DNA of 64,000 nucleotides from Paraspadella gotoi (taxonomy: Eukaryota > Animalia > Chaetognatha): NCBI GenBank assembly GCA_051294375.1, contig JBJCIZ010000275.1, positions 28,119 to 92,118 on the forward strand. Reading direction: 5' to 3'. The notes under the pieces were generated by a model. The model had not been told where the DNA came from. It worked only from the letters and a program-made list of their open reading frames with translations, and did no database searches. Position 1 is the stretch's first letter; each line of letters opens with the position of its first letter. Made by a program: the position numbers and the translations under genes. Shown here one piece after another: positions 1-13,938 of the stretch.

Positions 1-799
1 ATAAATGTTTGCTGCTGGACACTCATTCTCTCTTCGATCTTTGATACTTCGTCCAAGTCAGAGAATTTTCTTCTAATCTTTCTCTTTTTACTTTCTTGAT
101 TTTTCTTTGCGCTTTTCGTTTGACGCTCGTCGCCGGGCTATAAAGGTGACCCGCCTTCTCGGAGAAAAGTGACCCGATTCCCTCTGGGGTAAACGGTGAC
201 CCGGGCTTCTCTGAGCACATGTGCGACCTATGGCAAGGGGCGACAAAATTTGTGCAGTGAGAAATACTAACTCGTCGACGGAAGGAAACCTGACTTTTAT
301 ATTTAATGTGTCGAGCCGGAGAGAAAATTTTAAGTCTTTTAGGGCCTTCTTATAATATAAATATAAAGCTGAAAGGGTATAGAGTAACATTTATGTACGT
401 ATAAGCCCAAAACAGCAATTGTTTCACTGGGTGGCCAAATGAGAAAAATATAGTTCACTGCCCTTAAGAAAAGGTATATAACAAATCTATAAAACGCGGA
501 ATTCTCACAGAGAAGAAAACAAGAACCTTCAATACAAAAAGCGAAACCCGCGAGGCCGACCGTGGCGTTGCGTCTTGTCTACGAAATAAGCTCCTGTGCT
601 GCTTCCTACTCAGAACCGAAAATTAACTTACCCCCCTACCGCCCCCCTTCTTCATGCGGGCCCCGAGGCAAAGCTGACCCACTTTTCTTGGACAAAGATG
701 ACCTGGGTGCCTTTTAGAATAAAGCTCCTTAAAGCTACCTGTAAAGTCTTTGCTTCCCTTTCCCGATCCCGCTCGCTATAATTGAGGATCCGCTGCCTG

Positions 800-2215
800 T
801 GCCGGCTTCAACTGAGCTTTATTTTGCGTCCTTTTTCCGCGTTTCCATTGGTAATTTCCTTTTCTTTTGCTTCTCCTATATTTTGATCCTTTGTTTTTTA
901 CCCTTGAATAACTTCCGTCTTCATCTTCTGCGTTTCATCTTTTTCTCGTGTCTCTGCATCTCTCTTTCTCTCGTTCTCATCTCTCTCTCTCTCTCTTCTC
1001 CTCTCATCTTCCTCTCGGTCTTTCTCTCTCTCTCCCAATCTCTATTTCATTCTTTCCTTTCTTCGCGTGTCCCTTCCCCCATTTCTCACTGTATTCTGTT
1101 TCTCTTTTTCCTTTTCCCCACTTTTCTTCGGGTTCCTCCTTGTTCTTTTCCTTCCCTTATCCTTTGCTCCTCTTTTTCCATAAAGTCCTTTCCCTGTCTA
1201 TTTTTTACTATACTTACCTCCTTTTTCGTTTTTCCTCGCCTTCCTTTCTCTTTCCTTTTCCTATACCTCTCTTTTCTCTTTTCCTATTATTCATCCTCCT
1301 CCTTTCCGTTCCATCTCAATATATACACACAATAACAATATACAATATTTCCACCTGTGTTCCTCATTTCCTTTTCTCCATTCCTGTTGCCTCCTCCCTT
1401 TTTCTCACGCTTTCCTAATTTTTTCTCCTGTGGCGGCTGCCTTTTCTTGTGCGCTCCCTTTCCTGTCTTTTTTTTCCTCTCCCGGAGACTCGAATCCGCC
1501 CCAAAAACAAAAATTTTCGTATTGGATTTCTTCGATCATCGTCGCACTTGCGGCTTCATCTGTTCACGCCACCCTTTTCATCTCATTACTCCCCTGCGTT
1601 TCTCTCTTCTCTTCTCTCTCTCTCTCTTCTCTGCTCTCCTTCCCTCTCTCTCTCTCTCTCTCATCTCTTCTCTCTCCCTTTTCCCACTCCCTCTTCTCCC
1701 TTCATATTCTTGTGTCACTTTTTCCCTCCCCCCTTCTTGTCAGTTAGTTTCACTTATTTCAGGTCACGTTGACCAGAGACAAGTTTCCAATGGAAAGAAA
1801 TGGGCGCCATAACTTAGTTAAAAAACATTTGCCCGGTCTGCGCTGAAAGGATTGAGAAAGAGCAGAGAGAGAATGAGAGAAGAGAAAGGGTGAAAAATGA
1901 GAGAAGAGAGAGGGACGAGAGAGATGTAGAATGAAATGAGAGAGGAGAAGAGAGAGATGAGCATGAGAAAAATACAGAGAGAAGAGAGAAGTAAAAAAAA
2001 AAGAAAAACTCGTAGCAGAAGAAATCTACAACCCAGAGAAGTGCAGCTGGAGGCAGGGCGCGGAAGAAAAAACGGTACGCGAACATTGAGATGAAGGAAT
2101 AGAGAGACGGTCATGAAGAGAGTAGAGGAGGAGGCTAAGGGAAACAGAAAGATTATTGAGAGTAGAGAAAAAGAAGAGAGAGAGAAGCGACAGAGGAAAG
2201 AGAAAAGTTTTCCCA
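800..2215. repeat. Degenerate (CT)n-rich tract (800-1745) followed by a (GA)n-rich tract (1855-2215); low complexity and probably low-quality sequence
   Basis: Runs of TCTC/TTTC then AGAG/GAAA. The overlapping Ser/Leu/Phe-rich ORFs in several frames are a product of composition. Confidence 0.8.
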
Positions 2216-5200
2216 TCCTATGTTTTTTTTTTAGGTTCCTCGAATTCCGCTGGATGCAGCGGCAAAGACTGGTTTAGACATCGACGAAGCATCGAGGTGA
2301 AAAAAAAATAAAACAATAGAGTCAGAGGGAAAGTCAGTGGAAAACGACATACAGTGCAATACCGGGCACGACCTCATCTAAAAAAGAGATGGGTGGTTCA
2401 GATAGAGATGAGTGGAGGAAGGGGGCAAGGATTGGGTATAACCGAGGGTGGTCGGTGGGCTATAGTGATTGAAAAATTAATTATAATAACACAAAGCAAA
2501 ATATCCATCCTAGTTTTATAGAGCAGCGCCTTAATAGGAAAATAGAACATCAAAGATGCGCTCGAAAACGCCTATTTAACAACGTACAACTTTAATTAAA
2601 TACTCGTGAAGCGATTCGTCGTGCAACAAGATCAACCCTTGCTGGTTTAAGATAGAACCCCTTTTGGCTGCCCTTTGGAACCCTCGTCATAAAAATAAGT
2701 CGCTTTATTCAATTCAATAATTATATAACTCTTGAAAGGTCAATAACAACTTTTCCACAACGATTACAAATATAATTCAACAACAATAATAAACGGACGA
2801 AATACCTGAAGCTTAGCGTTTAACGAAAAATGATAAACAAGTATAGTTGATAACGAATATTTTGGAGAGATAAAAAGAGAAATTAAAAGCAGATAAAAAC
2901 GCCGATTTAGTCTGCTTGAAATTCGAATGAGAGAAACTTGACCAATTATAAGGAGGAAGGAACTAGGCCAGCCCGCGCCGCCGAACGACCCGATCTTCAC
3001 GACGTAGCTTAGGTTAGAAGGGCATTCTTTGGTGACCTGAGGTTTATCTTGCTATTGACCGGCAGGGTCAACCCGGGCAGTCGTAAGTATTTACTATATA
3101 CAATATCCTATCCACATATTGGTCACCTCCCTCCGCCAATTAATCTGATTACCAATAATTATTGACCCCCGGAGGGTAAAGGTAAATGGGGAAGTGAGAA
3201 GGGCGGCGGGGGGGCAAACCATAACACGATCCTCCTTTGAACCAAGACCGCTCATGAGAAGACAGAGCATTCGCGTCTCGTATCATACAGACTTCAACTG
3301 AGTGTTGGGCCGAGTTGAGTCTTATATAAAAAACAAAAAAACGAGTGGCGAGTCGTATAAAAACTCTGCAAAACTGCTGTTTCTTTGTTTTTTTTGTGTT
3401 TGTTTGGTTGCTCGGCATCGGAGGATAGGGGGCGGCGGGAAGGAGCAGGGTTAGCCAGCGGTTACGGTACAATTTTACTTTCTAGGAGTGCACCCCGAGA
3501 TCAATTTTCCGTTTTTCCGGAGACAATTGACGAAATGTAATATTATTTATATTTATATACAAATTATGGTTACTGACAACTTTTAAAGTCACGAGGAGAT
3601 TAGTCTGTCCTCTTGATGAGATTCAAATCATCGTCTGATAATTATAAATATCCGTAAATGCTTAAAAACGCTTCAATTTTAAGAGTCACGAAGTTTCTAC
3701 ATAACTTGATGCCTCCTTCTTGTACGTGTTTTTCATTTCAGTGGATGGCTCCTTATGTGCTTTAAGTTTTACCTATAATTATAACAAGGTATCCCCCGCA
3801 TTATATTTTAATTCTCTTTTCATCCATGACGTAACCTTATCGAATTTAAAATGGGTGCTAAATAAAACAAATTAATATTGCTGTGACCTCGAAAGATTTT
3901 TTTTTATTAGAAGTAAAATGAACACACATGATGCACAGCATTTAATACACAAAAAATACAGACGAGTATTCAAAGTGACTAACGACCCATATCGTGAAAA
4001 CATAACGACTGGAAACACCTATATCATGACATCACTTCACAATTAAAAATTTCTTAGAATGTTAAAAAATAAAAGTAAAATGATTACCAATAAATAGTAA
4101 AAAATACCCTGGAACTTAATTGCGCAGAAAATTGTGATTAAAATTAATTTTCCAATCCCACATTTATTTCTCATCTCGCGAGAGTCATTTATGCTTATCG
4201 AAAACATTTCAAGCATTCCGACGAGTCTACAAACCTCACAGCACCACAACGCCGCGTGCCTCTCATCAGACCCTACTCGTGTCCCCTCTTTTCCTCCTCC
4301 CCACTCTGTGTTTCCTCTCGACAAAATGTCTCCTTGTGCGCTCATTTTTCTTTCTTTTACCTCATCTTTTGCTAGCAATAAATATCTTCCCTCCCTTCTT
4401 TTTTTTCTAATGTTCCGTACGGGTCTCTTACCTGTAGCAGCCACAGGAGGGCAAGGTCATTCCGCGCCCTCTTTCTTTTCGCGATACCCTTGCGACCACT
4501 TCGACTCTCTGGCAGTGGCCTTTCTCTAGGCCCCAACGACCATCTCGGCTTCGTACTCTTCTTTCCTGCTATCTCCGTAAGATCTCGTTCCCTTCATCCG
4601 CTCACTCTCTCGGCGCGGTTCGCTCACTCGGAGTCGACGGACACGCGTGTTCAATCCGGTTGGGCTCCTTATTTCCTCGCAGTAATGACTCTCATCTTTT
4701 CTCCTCCTCTCTCTCTCTTCTCTAACGATTTCAAATTAAATTCATCTACTTTTTTCGTCTGTTAAGGAATCTCAAACGAGAGTTAAAGACACTCTGGAGA
4801 GGTTCTAGTTAAGTTAGGTGCTTCTTAGGAATTAGAGGTTAACAATTTAAGGGTTACGCTAGATATTAGATATGATATATAGGGAATAAAGCAGTTTAGG
4901 GTTAATATATAAAGGTCTTGTGAATTAGTGTTAAAGCATTTACTCTGCACACGAGGAGGAGATCATCCCTCGTGAAAACGCCGTCACCCGGGTTGAGAAA
5001 GAAGCTGACGGAGAATGCGTCCGGAAACTAATATATTGACGGAAGGAAAATCTATACTGAGACAAAAAATGAGGGTAAAAAAAGGGAGAGAAGCTAGTAG
5101 GAGATTAGAGAGGAGGGTGAACTGAATCTCGTGAACGCGGCGCGGCCGAAATTCCCTGATGAAGCCAGGCTCCAACACGAGATGTGCGGTGAATGCCCAC

Positions 5201-8200
5201 TCGCAGATTGGGCTCCATGGTGGCCGGAGAGGCCCTTCGCGCGCGGGATCAGCCATATGCACCCGCGTCTGTCATATCACCTTATATTACTGGCGCTGCT
5301 CCTCGTCGCCTCCCCGCGGTCAAAGTATTTGATGAGGCCCCATTTTCCGTATCAGAGCCTTGAATGTCGTGAGACTCAATCTGTGCTTGGTCCTAAGTGA
5401 GTAGTGAAACGTTGCTAATATCTGTGAATGTGTATCGAGGATTAAAAGACGCTGAGAATGGGTTGGGCTCTTGACGTAGGGGGACAATCATCCCATATAA
5501 AAACAAATCAAATTGCGAGAGGGCGTCACAATCTTAATAAGAAACGGTGGCCATTGGCGCATTGATAATGTTGGTCCCAGCTATATCGCGTGTATTTAAA
5601 GTGTATGGGTTTCGCATTGTGGCTGAATCATTTGCGCCGGATAATAGTGGTTAAACGGGGAAACGAACCATTTAGAAAACCACAGGATGATGTTGGGCGG
5701 ATCGCTCCGAAAACCCCAGGCCGCGCCAAGGACACCGGACGCCGCATAGTGGTGATATCCGGATGGTGAACTCACACTTGGATTAAGAGTTGGCAGTTCG
5801 ATTTGTTAGATTAGATTACCTGGATGATTATAAGCCTAGGGCTAATTTAGCAATTCTCAACAGGTTGTCTAAGAGTTCAACTTCCTAGTGTTGGATTGCT
5901 AAATAGTCACTTCTACTATTGAGACGGCATGAATTATACATGGCGATTTTCCTCCAGCATCAGGAGGTGCAGAAGTTGATTAGTTGGGAGGAGAGTCAGG
6001 AGTTTTTTTTTGTTCCCGGTGTTCTTTTACAATTCTTTTGGCGAATTCAATATTCTCATTTTCTTGTTCTAGCTCTAATATATATATTGGACTCTTCCTT
6101 AAATGGAGCGTTCATCGCTGGAGGAAGAAGCATTTGAAACTAGGTATTATGCTTTTGTCACTGCAGTTGCTTTTAAGATTAAATCGGTCAGGTTTGCCAA
6201 TAGTCAACTGGTCCAATCAACTTGCCAATCATTCAGCTTGTCTTTTGCCATATAGAAAAACTTTAGAAGCTCCAGAGCTCCTCTTGACAACTTTGCCGCT
6301 TTACTTTCTCTTTAGTATATTTTTACATTTACACAATTAATCACATGTTGTTTCACACTGCGCCATAATAGATAAAGATATATGTTTGTGTTGGGATTCG
6401 GAGGATGAGGGATGGGTAGGTTGGGGTATGGTGGTTGGGAGTGTGAGTAGGACTTTATTAATCTGCTTTTTCTTTCTTTTTTACAAATTTTATTTTTATT
6501 TTCTTTTGAGTATATTTTCACTTTTTACCACAAATTAAAGCGCAACCACTAATGTTGCTTATTACTGGTTTTGTCAATTTGACTTCTCTATACAATTTAT
6601 TTTGATTACATTTGAAAAAAAATTAGTGAAACTGAACTTTATGAGAATCGCACCAAATAATTTTTCTCTTTTTTGTGGACTTTGTATTACTAAACATAAT
6701 GAAGCAGAATGATAAGAGCAGGATTAAACCGCATCACTCAGCAAGTAAAAATTTTTCAAGGTGGTCTTATTGTGTCAGCACAGACAAAATGCTATAGAAA
6801 CCTCTGATAATCAATCACAGTAATACAGAGACTGTCATATAAACTCTCAGTCACCACTCTTTTTAGCAACTTGCAGTGTTGAGGAGACACAAAGGGGAGA
6901 GGGCGAATTATGCACGTCATTTTGTTCCATTTGAATTTTACGATTTCGAATTGATTGTAGGCGACCCTGCGGTGTGGCAAATGCATATATTTATTGAGAC
7001 ATTAACTTGTGGTCAAGCAGACAAATCAAATACGTGACTGTCACCAAATTCTTCCAATCACTTGCCTTTTCTAGCTCCAGTTTGGCCACCTTAAAATTAC
7101 TTAGCCATTCATTTTTATTTAATCTACAAGAGATTATAAACATCATACATTTGAAATATTTTGTGAATAAAGCTAACATTAACCTCCTTGCAAAAATAGC
7201 AGAACTGATTGGTGAGAAACTGCTTCATTTGATATACAAGACGATAAGTGAGTTTAACACCAAGTGAGTTTAGAACTGAGACTGATAAAATTGCAGATTT
7301 TGACTCAAGGCTTGTTGACGGGTTGAAGGGTTTTGGGGGTTGGATGGGTTGGGAGGGGGTTTATGAGAGTTGGAAGAATTTTTATTTACATGATGGTAGT
7401 GACTAAATTACTGAAGAATCATTTTTGATTCAAGGCTCGTTGGCAGCATTGATGTAATAACATTAAAATAGCAAAGTCGTTTGTTAATAATAACAACAAG
7501 GTGGAATAGTTTTATTTGCTTTTGCTGGGGGTGAAGGGGTTGGGGGTAAGTTTGGGGGTGAGGGGGCTGGAGACATTTCCAATTCAATTTTGAAAACTGG
7601 AAATGGATTCAGTTTTCTCCCAATTTTTTGGGCAATGACTGACTCTAGATGATGACAAATGTTTTCAGCATTAAAGACTGACCTCGATTCACACAGTAGC
7701 TGAATGACAAAAGCAGCAGCATAATCTCTGACAGAAAAAAAAAATCTGACATAATTTTTTGTCAGTGACTGACAGCCTTTAGCAGGTTTGACCACTGACA
7801 GGTTTGTCTGAATGATGACAGGGACAGAATTCGCGGAAGACTGACAAAAGGATGATGACAGTTGCACCGACGAATGATGGACGATCACAAACTTTTAAAC
7901 TTACGAAACATCCGGCTCTCTTTTCTGTAAATCCTTTCGATCCGTCGAACAGGAAGGGAGGGGGGGAACGGGATCATCGGACACACTGTAGTTGACCACG
8001 GAGATTCGAGCCTCGAATCTCGGAAAAATCTTTTTTATTTAGTTTCAACAACTATATTTCATTTTTTTCGACGGCGAGACGCGATGATTAACGGGGGGAG
8101 AGCGAAACGAAGGTGACTCGACGACCGCAGAGAGAGCATCTTCGATTCGGGGGAGAGAGGATCGGCGGGGGGTAGCGGAAGGGCAGATGAGGTGGAAAGG

Positions 8201-9761
8201 GGAGTTCATCTTTGGGAAACGCGCGACGAAGATTTTGTTGGCATTTTTCAGTAACTAATGGTCTTTCTTAACTTCTCGGCGCCTAGGGTTCGTTAGTTTT
8301 AAGATTTCTTTTTCGGTCGAAACGAAAAAAAGAAATAAATCGACGTCAGAGGAAGGGAGAAAAGAGTCTTTTATTTCGCTTTTAGTTTCTTTGTAAAGTT
8401 CAGTTTAGTTTATGATTTTTTTTTTTCACTATTTTTTATATTCGACTTAGTTTTTTGGGGGGCAGTGTCCTTTTGGAAAAAAAATCGTCGTGCATCGCGG
8501 AGGGGGGGGGAGCATAGAGGAGTGGGTTTTCGGATTCTCTAAAGGCGATCGTAGGGGAGGAGGAGAATTCGCGAAAGTGATTTAATCGAAATGTACGTCA
8601 TCCTTTACTTGAGTCGTTCATTATGATTGCGACGGCGCGATGATCGAAGATCGGCGAAACGATCGTTTTATTAAGAGAAGCAAAAAATGTGGAGGTGGGA
8701 ATCGGAGGAAATGGAGGCAACGAGAGGGAGAAGGTGGCGATGAGGGGAGTGAGGGATTAAATAGACGTCAGTGGCGCCGGCGATTAAAAACGGCGCCGCG
8801 AAGGACTCGAGATTTGGGATTGGAGCAGAAAATTTGTTTTGCGCTGCAGTGTAGCTGATCGAAGAACGAATTCGACTAAGTTCACTCCTTAGTCATGATT
8901 CGAGGGAGAGAAAAAAAAAACGACGCCAGATTGAATCTCGTTCAAATCGATGCGATTCGCGGTAAAATTCAATCGATCGAAGTGGGGAGGTGAGACGGAA
9001 ATCAAGAGAAAAAAAATTGGAGATTTTTCGCAAAAAGTGATGCAGTTGCTGCAAAGGAAACGTAGTCTCTAATCTCGATGGAGGAAGCGATGAGGACAAA
9101 AAATCGGAAGAAGAAATGCGATTAAATGTTTTTTGGTTTTTTTTTTTGGTCGGCAATGCGCAAAAAAAGTCGGGGTTGGGGAAACGAAGATGGAAAAAAT
9201 AAAATTTAATCCAAATATAAAGTCGTTTTTGTTTTTTGTTTTTACTTTCAATTAAAAAAAAAATAGTAAAAAAGTTTTCACATTTTTTTCTTTTTTTTCT
9301 TCATTTTCAGTTGTTTTTTTTTGTTTTTGTTTTCTCCGGTTTTCTAAATCAGTCGGTGGAGCACATCCTGGGGTTTTTTTGTGGTTAGATGTTCGAGCAA
9401 CACAATTGGGCGTCACTCTGAAAAGGTATCCTAACCGGAAGTAAAGTGACGAGAATGCGGGAAACTAATATATTGACGGAAGGAAAATTTATACTGAGAC
9501 AAAAATGAGGGTAAAAAAAGGGAGAGAGACGAGTAGGAGAAAAGAGGAAGGTGAACTGAATCTCGTGAACGCGGCCCCGAATCCCTGGGAGGAGGATGAA
9601 GAGGAGGTGAATGAGAAGGAGGGGGTAATAGACCCGCGTCTGTCTATCACCTTATATACTGAAAACTATTTTAAAACGATGTCCCATGATTAGGGCTTTA
9701 ATTTGATACCACGCCCACCTTGCTATCTCTTTTCTTTCAAAAGTTATTCAAGAAAATAACT

Positions 9762-11190
9762 TTTTAGTCGGATCTGCTTATCAGCAGATCCCGACTCTAT
9801 AATTCACTTTGTCGGTCCGTCTGTCCGCCCCCTCAATATTGTCGGTCACTAACTTATATCATGTCAGAACATCGAATTATGATAAATTATGCAAAAAAAA
9901 TGATGTCCGTCCGTCTGTCCGTCCGTCCATCCGTCCGTCCCACCTTAGCAAAAAACACCAATTACTCGTGATTGGATGGATGAATGGGAATGAAATTTTG
10001 TGTGTCGGTAGGGAAATGTGTGATTGAGCTGTATATAAAGTTTCGATGGAATCGTCCGAGTGGAAATGAGTTTAAATGGAAAAAATAATAAAATATATTT
10101 CATTATTTGAACACCAATTACTCAAGAGTGGATGGGGCGNNNNNNNNNNNNNNNNNNNNNNNNNNNNNNNNNNNNNNNNNNNNNNNNNNNNNNNNNNNNN
10201 NNNNNNNNNNNNNNNNNNNNNNNNNNNNNNNNNNNNNNNNNNNNNNNNNNNNNNNNNNNNNNNNNNNNNNNNNNNNNNNNNNNNNNNNNNNNNNNNNNNN
10301 NNNNNNNNNNNNNNNNNNNNNNNNNNNNNNNNNNNNNNNNNNNNNNNNNNNNNNNNNNNNNNNNNNNNNNNNNNNNNNNNNNNNNNNNNNNNNNNNNNNN
10401 NNNNNNNNNNNNNNNNNNNNNNNNNNNNNNNNNNNNNNNNNNNNNNNNNNNNNNNNNNNNNNNNNNNNNNNNNNNNNNNNNNNNNNNNNNNNNNNNNNNN
10501 NNNNNNNNNNNNNNNNNNNNNNNNNNNNNNNNNNNNNNNNNNNNNNNNNNNNNNNNNNNNNNNNNNNNNNNNNNNNNNNNNNNNNNNNNNNNNNNNNNNN
10601 NNNNNNNNNNNNNNNNNNNNNNNNNNNNNNNNNNNNNNNNNNNNNNNNNNNNNNNNNNNNNNNNNNNNNNNNNNNNNNNNNNNNNNNNNNNNNNNNNNNN
10701 NNNNNNNNNNNNNNNNNNNNNNNNNNNNNNNNNNNNNNNNNNNNNNNNNNNNNNNNNNNNNNNNNNNNNNNNNNNNNNNNNNNNNNNNNNNNNNNNNNNN
10801 NNNNNNNNNNNNNNNNNNNNNNNNNNNNNNNNNNNNNNNNNNNNNNNNNNNNNNNNNNNNNNNNNNNNNNNNNNNNNNNNNNNNNNNNNNNNNNNNNNNN
10901 NNNNNNNNNNNNNNNNNNNNNNNNNNNNNNNNNNNNNNNAATTGACTTGAAATTTGTATTGGGTAGGAAAGATGTGGGTGTGAAGTTGAGCTGGACAAAA
11001 TCAGTTTCGAGGACTTCATTTGTAGTAGAAATGAGTTTTAAATGGAAAAAAACAAAAAAAAACCTGTTTCACTACACTGATTATGCTTCTTTTTCCTTTT
11101 ATATTAAATGTAAATGAAGATGTTATTATTAAATCAATTAATATAATCAGTTATTTAATCAATTAGTCAATTAATTAATCATATTAATTA
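9762..11190 (+). mobile_element. Helentron-associated interspersed element (HINE/DINE-1-like), copy A, interrupted by an N gap; ungapped duplicate at about 17506-19200 lacks the 3' end
   Basis: 5' T-run, then hairpin subTIR AGTCGGATCTGCTTATCAGCAGATCC(C)GACT, a (GTCY)n microsatellite, and internal subrepeats shared with copies at 26.7 and 53.9 kb. Confidence 0.75.
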
Positions 11191-11429
11191 AATCCTCTCT
11201 GGTTAAGGCTGACGTTTATGACCATATCTCGGAAACTATTGTTGGAATTTTAAAATGTGAATATTGACATCATCCTACAGGGACTGGCATAAAAATNNNN
11301 NNNNNNNNNNNNNNNNNNNNNNNNNNNNNNNNNNNNNNNNNNNNNNNNNNNNNNNNNNNNNNNNNNNNNNNNNNNNNNNNNNNNNNNNNNNNNNNNNNNN
11401 NNNNNNNNNNNNNNNNNNNNNNNTATCTA

Positions 11430-11570
11430 ATTAAAGGGTGATATAGGACAGAGGAAGGGTGATAGGCTATTAAATTTGTTAAATGCTGATAAGGGATTAG
11501 GGATAATGGCTATTCAGGAAACACATTGCAAAGATGATGCTGATTTATGTCAGGCTGTAAGTTGGTTGTG
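11430..11570 (+). pseudogene. N-terminal fragment of a LINE apurinic-type endonuclease (also at 19580-19720 +, 32545-32690 -, 37720-37860 -)
   Basis: Translates as LKGDIGQRKGDRLLNLLNADKGLGIMAIQETHCKDD. The I-x-x-I-QETH motif is typical of L1/Tx1-like APE domains. Confidence 0.6.
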
Positions 11571-11773
11571 AGTCTTCATCAGATGTGTAAAAACACTTGA
11601 TTCCGATCCTGTTGCATCTGAAGGGCTCGCATTTTTTTTCTCTTGTCAAATCATCAACATCTTGATATCAAACAAGCCAGAACAAATAGACTGCTTCTGT
11701 AAGAACAAATTTTCCATCTTTGATTTTATATAGAATTGAGAGGGATTTTTTCCCTTAATGACAATATAAACAT

Positions 11774-13938
11774 TGTAGAAAACTATCAGTCTCCACGCTT
11801 GCGGTCCAAGGCGTTCGAAGCGTCGCCGTCCAAAAAGACGGGTTAATGACAAGAGTCTTCACTGACTGAAGAATCTCTGCAAAGTGTAGAAACGCCCGAA
11901 TTTCCCAAAGTAAACGTATATTTTGGTGACACAAAACGTAGCAGAACGTGGCAATATCGTGACAAATAATAAGTAGTGAAAACTGCGTAAAAACAACGGT
12001 TTTCGGCGCGAGCGACCGTGTATCCAAAATGTTCACGAAAACAACTGAAAATCCGGTCTCAAAAAATGCCAACGGTAAAAATATAAAATGAAGCCGATAT
12101 CGAAAACTGGGATATGATAAAGAGAGAGAGTGACCAAAAAGGACACACAAATACGAGGCGATTTCTTTCACCCCATCAGTAAAAAAGTACATTCTTTTTG
12201 AACACTAAAGGAGAAAAAGACAAAAATCGCCAGAGTAACATAAAGCAGTACTAAAGTCTATAGTCGTGCCTGAAAAATCCGGTACTCTAAAATCCGGATC
12301 AATGATAAGTTAGATACTTAGAATTGTACGTGAAAAGCCAAGAAGAAAAAGATATCCCCATCGTAAAATTTTTAAATCAAAATTCCGAAATGGCAACATG
12401 GAGTTTCAGATACTTCAAATTGTACACAATAAAAAGATAAAAAAATATATCCCCCAATCGTAAATGACAGGTGACTAAATCCAAAAAAAAAAAATTTCCA
12501 AAAATTTTCACAAAAAAATTTGGGGCCAAAAAAAAAATTCAAAAATTCCAACCAAAATTGGCAAAATTCAAATTCACGAAAATTCGCAACATTAACTTTT
12601 TCACCTTTCCAACATTTTCAATTTTACACGTTTTGCACATTTCAGGCAGTCTTTATTCGTAGGAGTTTTAAAGTTGACACCTATCGACGGCCGATATCTG
12701 ACTAGGATTTTCATTGCCGACCGTCCTTGAACATTCTCGTCGGGTTCTTTGTTTCTCTTGGCGCAGTCATGAAGCCGACGAATGGTGGGCGTCCATTGCA
12801 GACAGGCACACCCCGAGAGAGTGGAAGTGGTGAGCGGTGTGTCCGAGCTGTAAGGCATCGAACACAGCCCTTTTTGTAGCACAAAAGGTTTTTTTAATAT
12901 CACGCCATACGAAAAGATACAGAGAGCACCGACCAATAAATGGGCTTTTTTCGCACAAAACAAACATGAAGCCTGTGCGTCGCCATACACATGGTTCCGT
13001 CCTTCGTAAAAGACGGCTGATCTCTGGGAGACTGCGTCGACTTGGGCATCGTTGTTCCAGTCGCCGTTTCTCCGCCGGCGGAATTGGTCGGTTCCTTGGA
13101 AAGATGTCGGTGGCGGAATCCTGGGGGACGAAATCCGCCTAACACAAAATAAAAATTTCGTTGAAAGAGTTGAAGAGCAGAAGCTTCGATGGAGTTGGAG
13201 AGGAAACGGGAGTCGAATCCAAAAGGCCCGTTCTTCTCCATTTTTTCGTATTTCCCTGAAGTTCGATTCTTCAACGTGTCGAACTTCTTCTTTGAAGATT
13301 CCCCATCATTGTTTCGAGTCGCGGTTCAAGTAAGTTCTTTTAAAACAATCAGGCATCTTCAGGAAGTTGATCATTGACCACAAGGAATATGTCTTGTAAC
13401 TAAATCGCGGTGTTCCTCCGCTGAGGCGGTCCGAGAAATCAAACATTTTCTCAGTCGAATGTTCTTGCTCTAATGCGCTTTTAATCCACAATCTTTAACG
13501 CCCGGTTTCCGCGAAGCCAATTCATTGTTTACTGTAGAAAAGCCTATCAGTCTCCAGCGCTTGCGGTCCAAGTGTTTCGACAGCGTCGCCGTCCAAAAGG
13601 GTTATGAACAAGAAGTCTCACTGGACGAAGAATCTCCGCTAAGCTGTAGAACGCGAATCCCAAAGTAACTATATTTTGGTGACACAAACGTAGCAGAAAC
13701 GTGCAATATTCGTGACAAAATAACGTAGTGAAAACTCGTAAAAACAGGAACGGTGTTTCGGACGAGGGCTGCGGACCGTGTATCCAATGTCACAAACAAA
13801 CTGGAAAATCCGGTCACTCAAAAAAAATGCCAATGTAAAAATATGAAAAATGACCGATATCGAAAACTGGCTAATGATTAACGAGAGAGAGAGAGAGTGC
13901 CAAAAGGACAGCTAAATACGAGGCGACATTTCTCTTCA
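11774..13938 (-). mobile_element. Internally deleted (gag-only) BEL/Pao LTR retrotransposon; duplicate at 19930-22129
   Basis: Two LTRs of about 400 bp (11774-12170, 13533-13938) with TG..CA ends and a 5-bp TSD AACAT (11769-11773, 13939-13943). The empty site is seen in the paralogous segment near 31725. The gag remnant has three Cys/His knuckles. Confidence 0.9.
12730..13490 (-). pseudogene. BEL/Pao gag remnant (frameshifted)
   Basis: Frame-corrected reading SCLFCAKKAHFIGRC...KGLCFRCLQLGHTAHHxHSLGVCRxCNGRHHSSLHD, which matches the triple zinc knuckle of BEL/Pao Gag. Confidence 0.85.

Noticed and set aside
1-5800. ORFs and a possible CT/GA mirror or triplex structure
   Set aside because: The ORFs are compositional. 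The region looks like degraded read sequence (5010-5290 is a garbled copy of 9445-9665), and the CT and GA tracts are not true inverted repeats.
10072-11117. Long ORFs in the supplied track
   Set aside because: They consist of N-gap codons.
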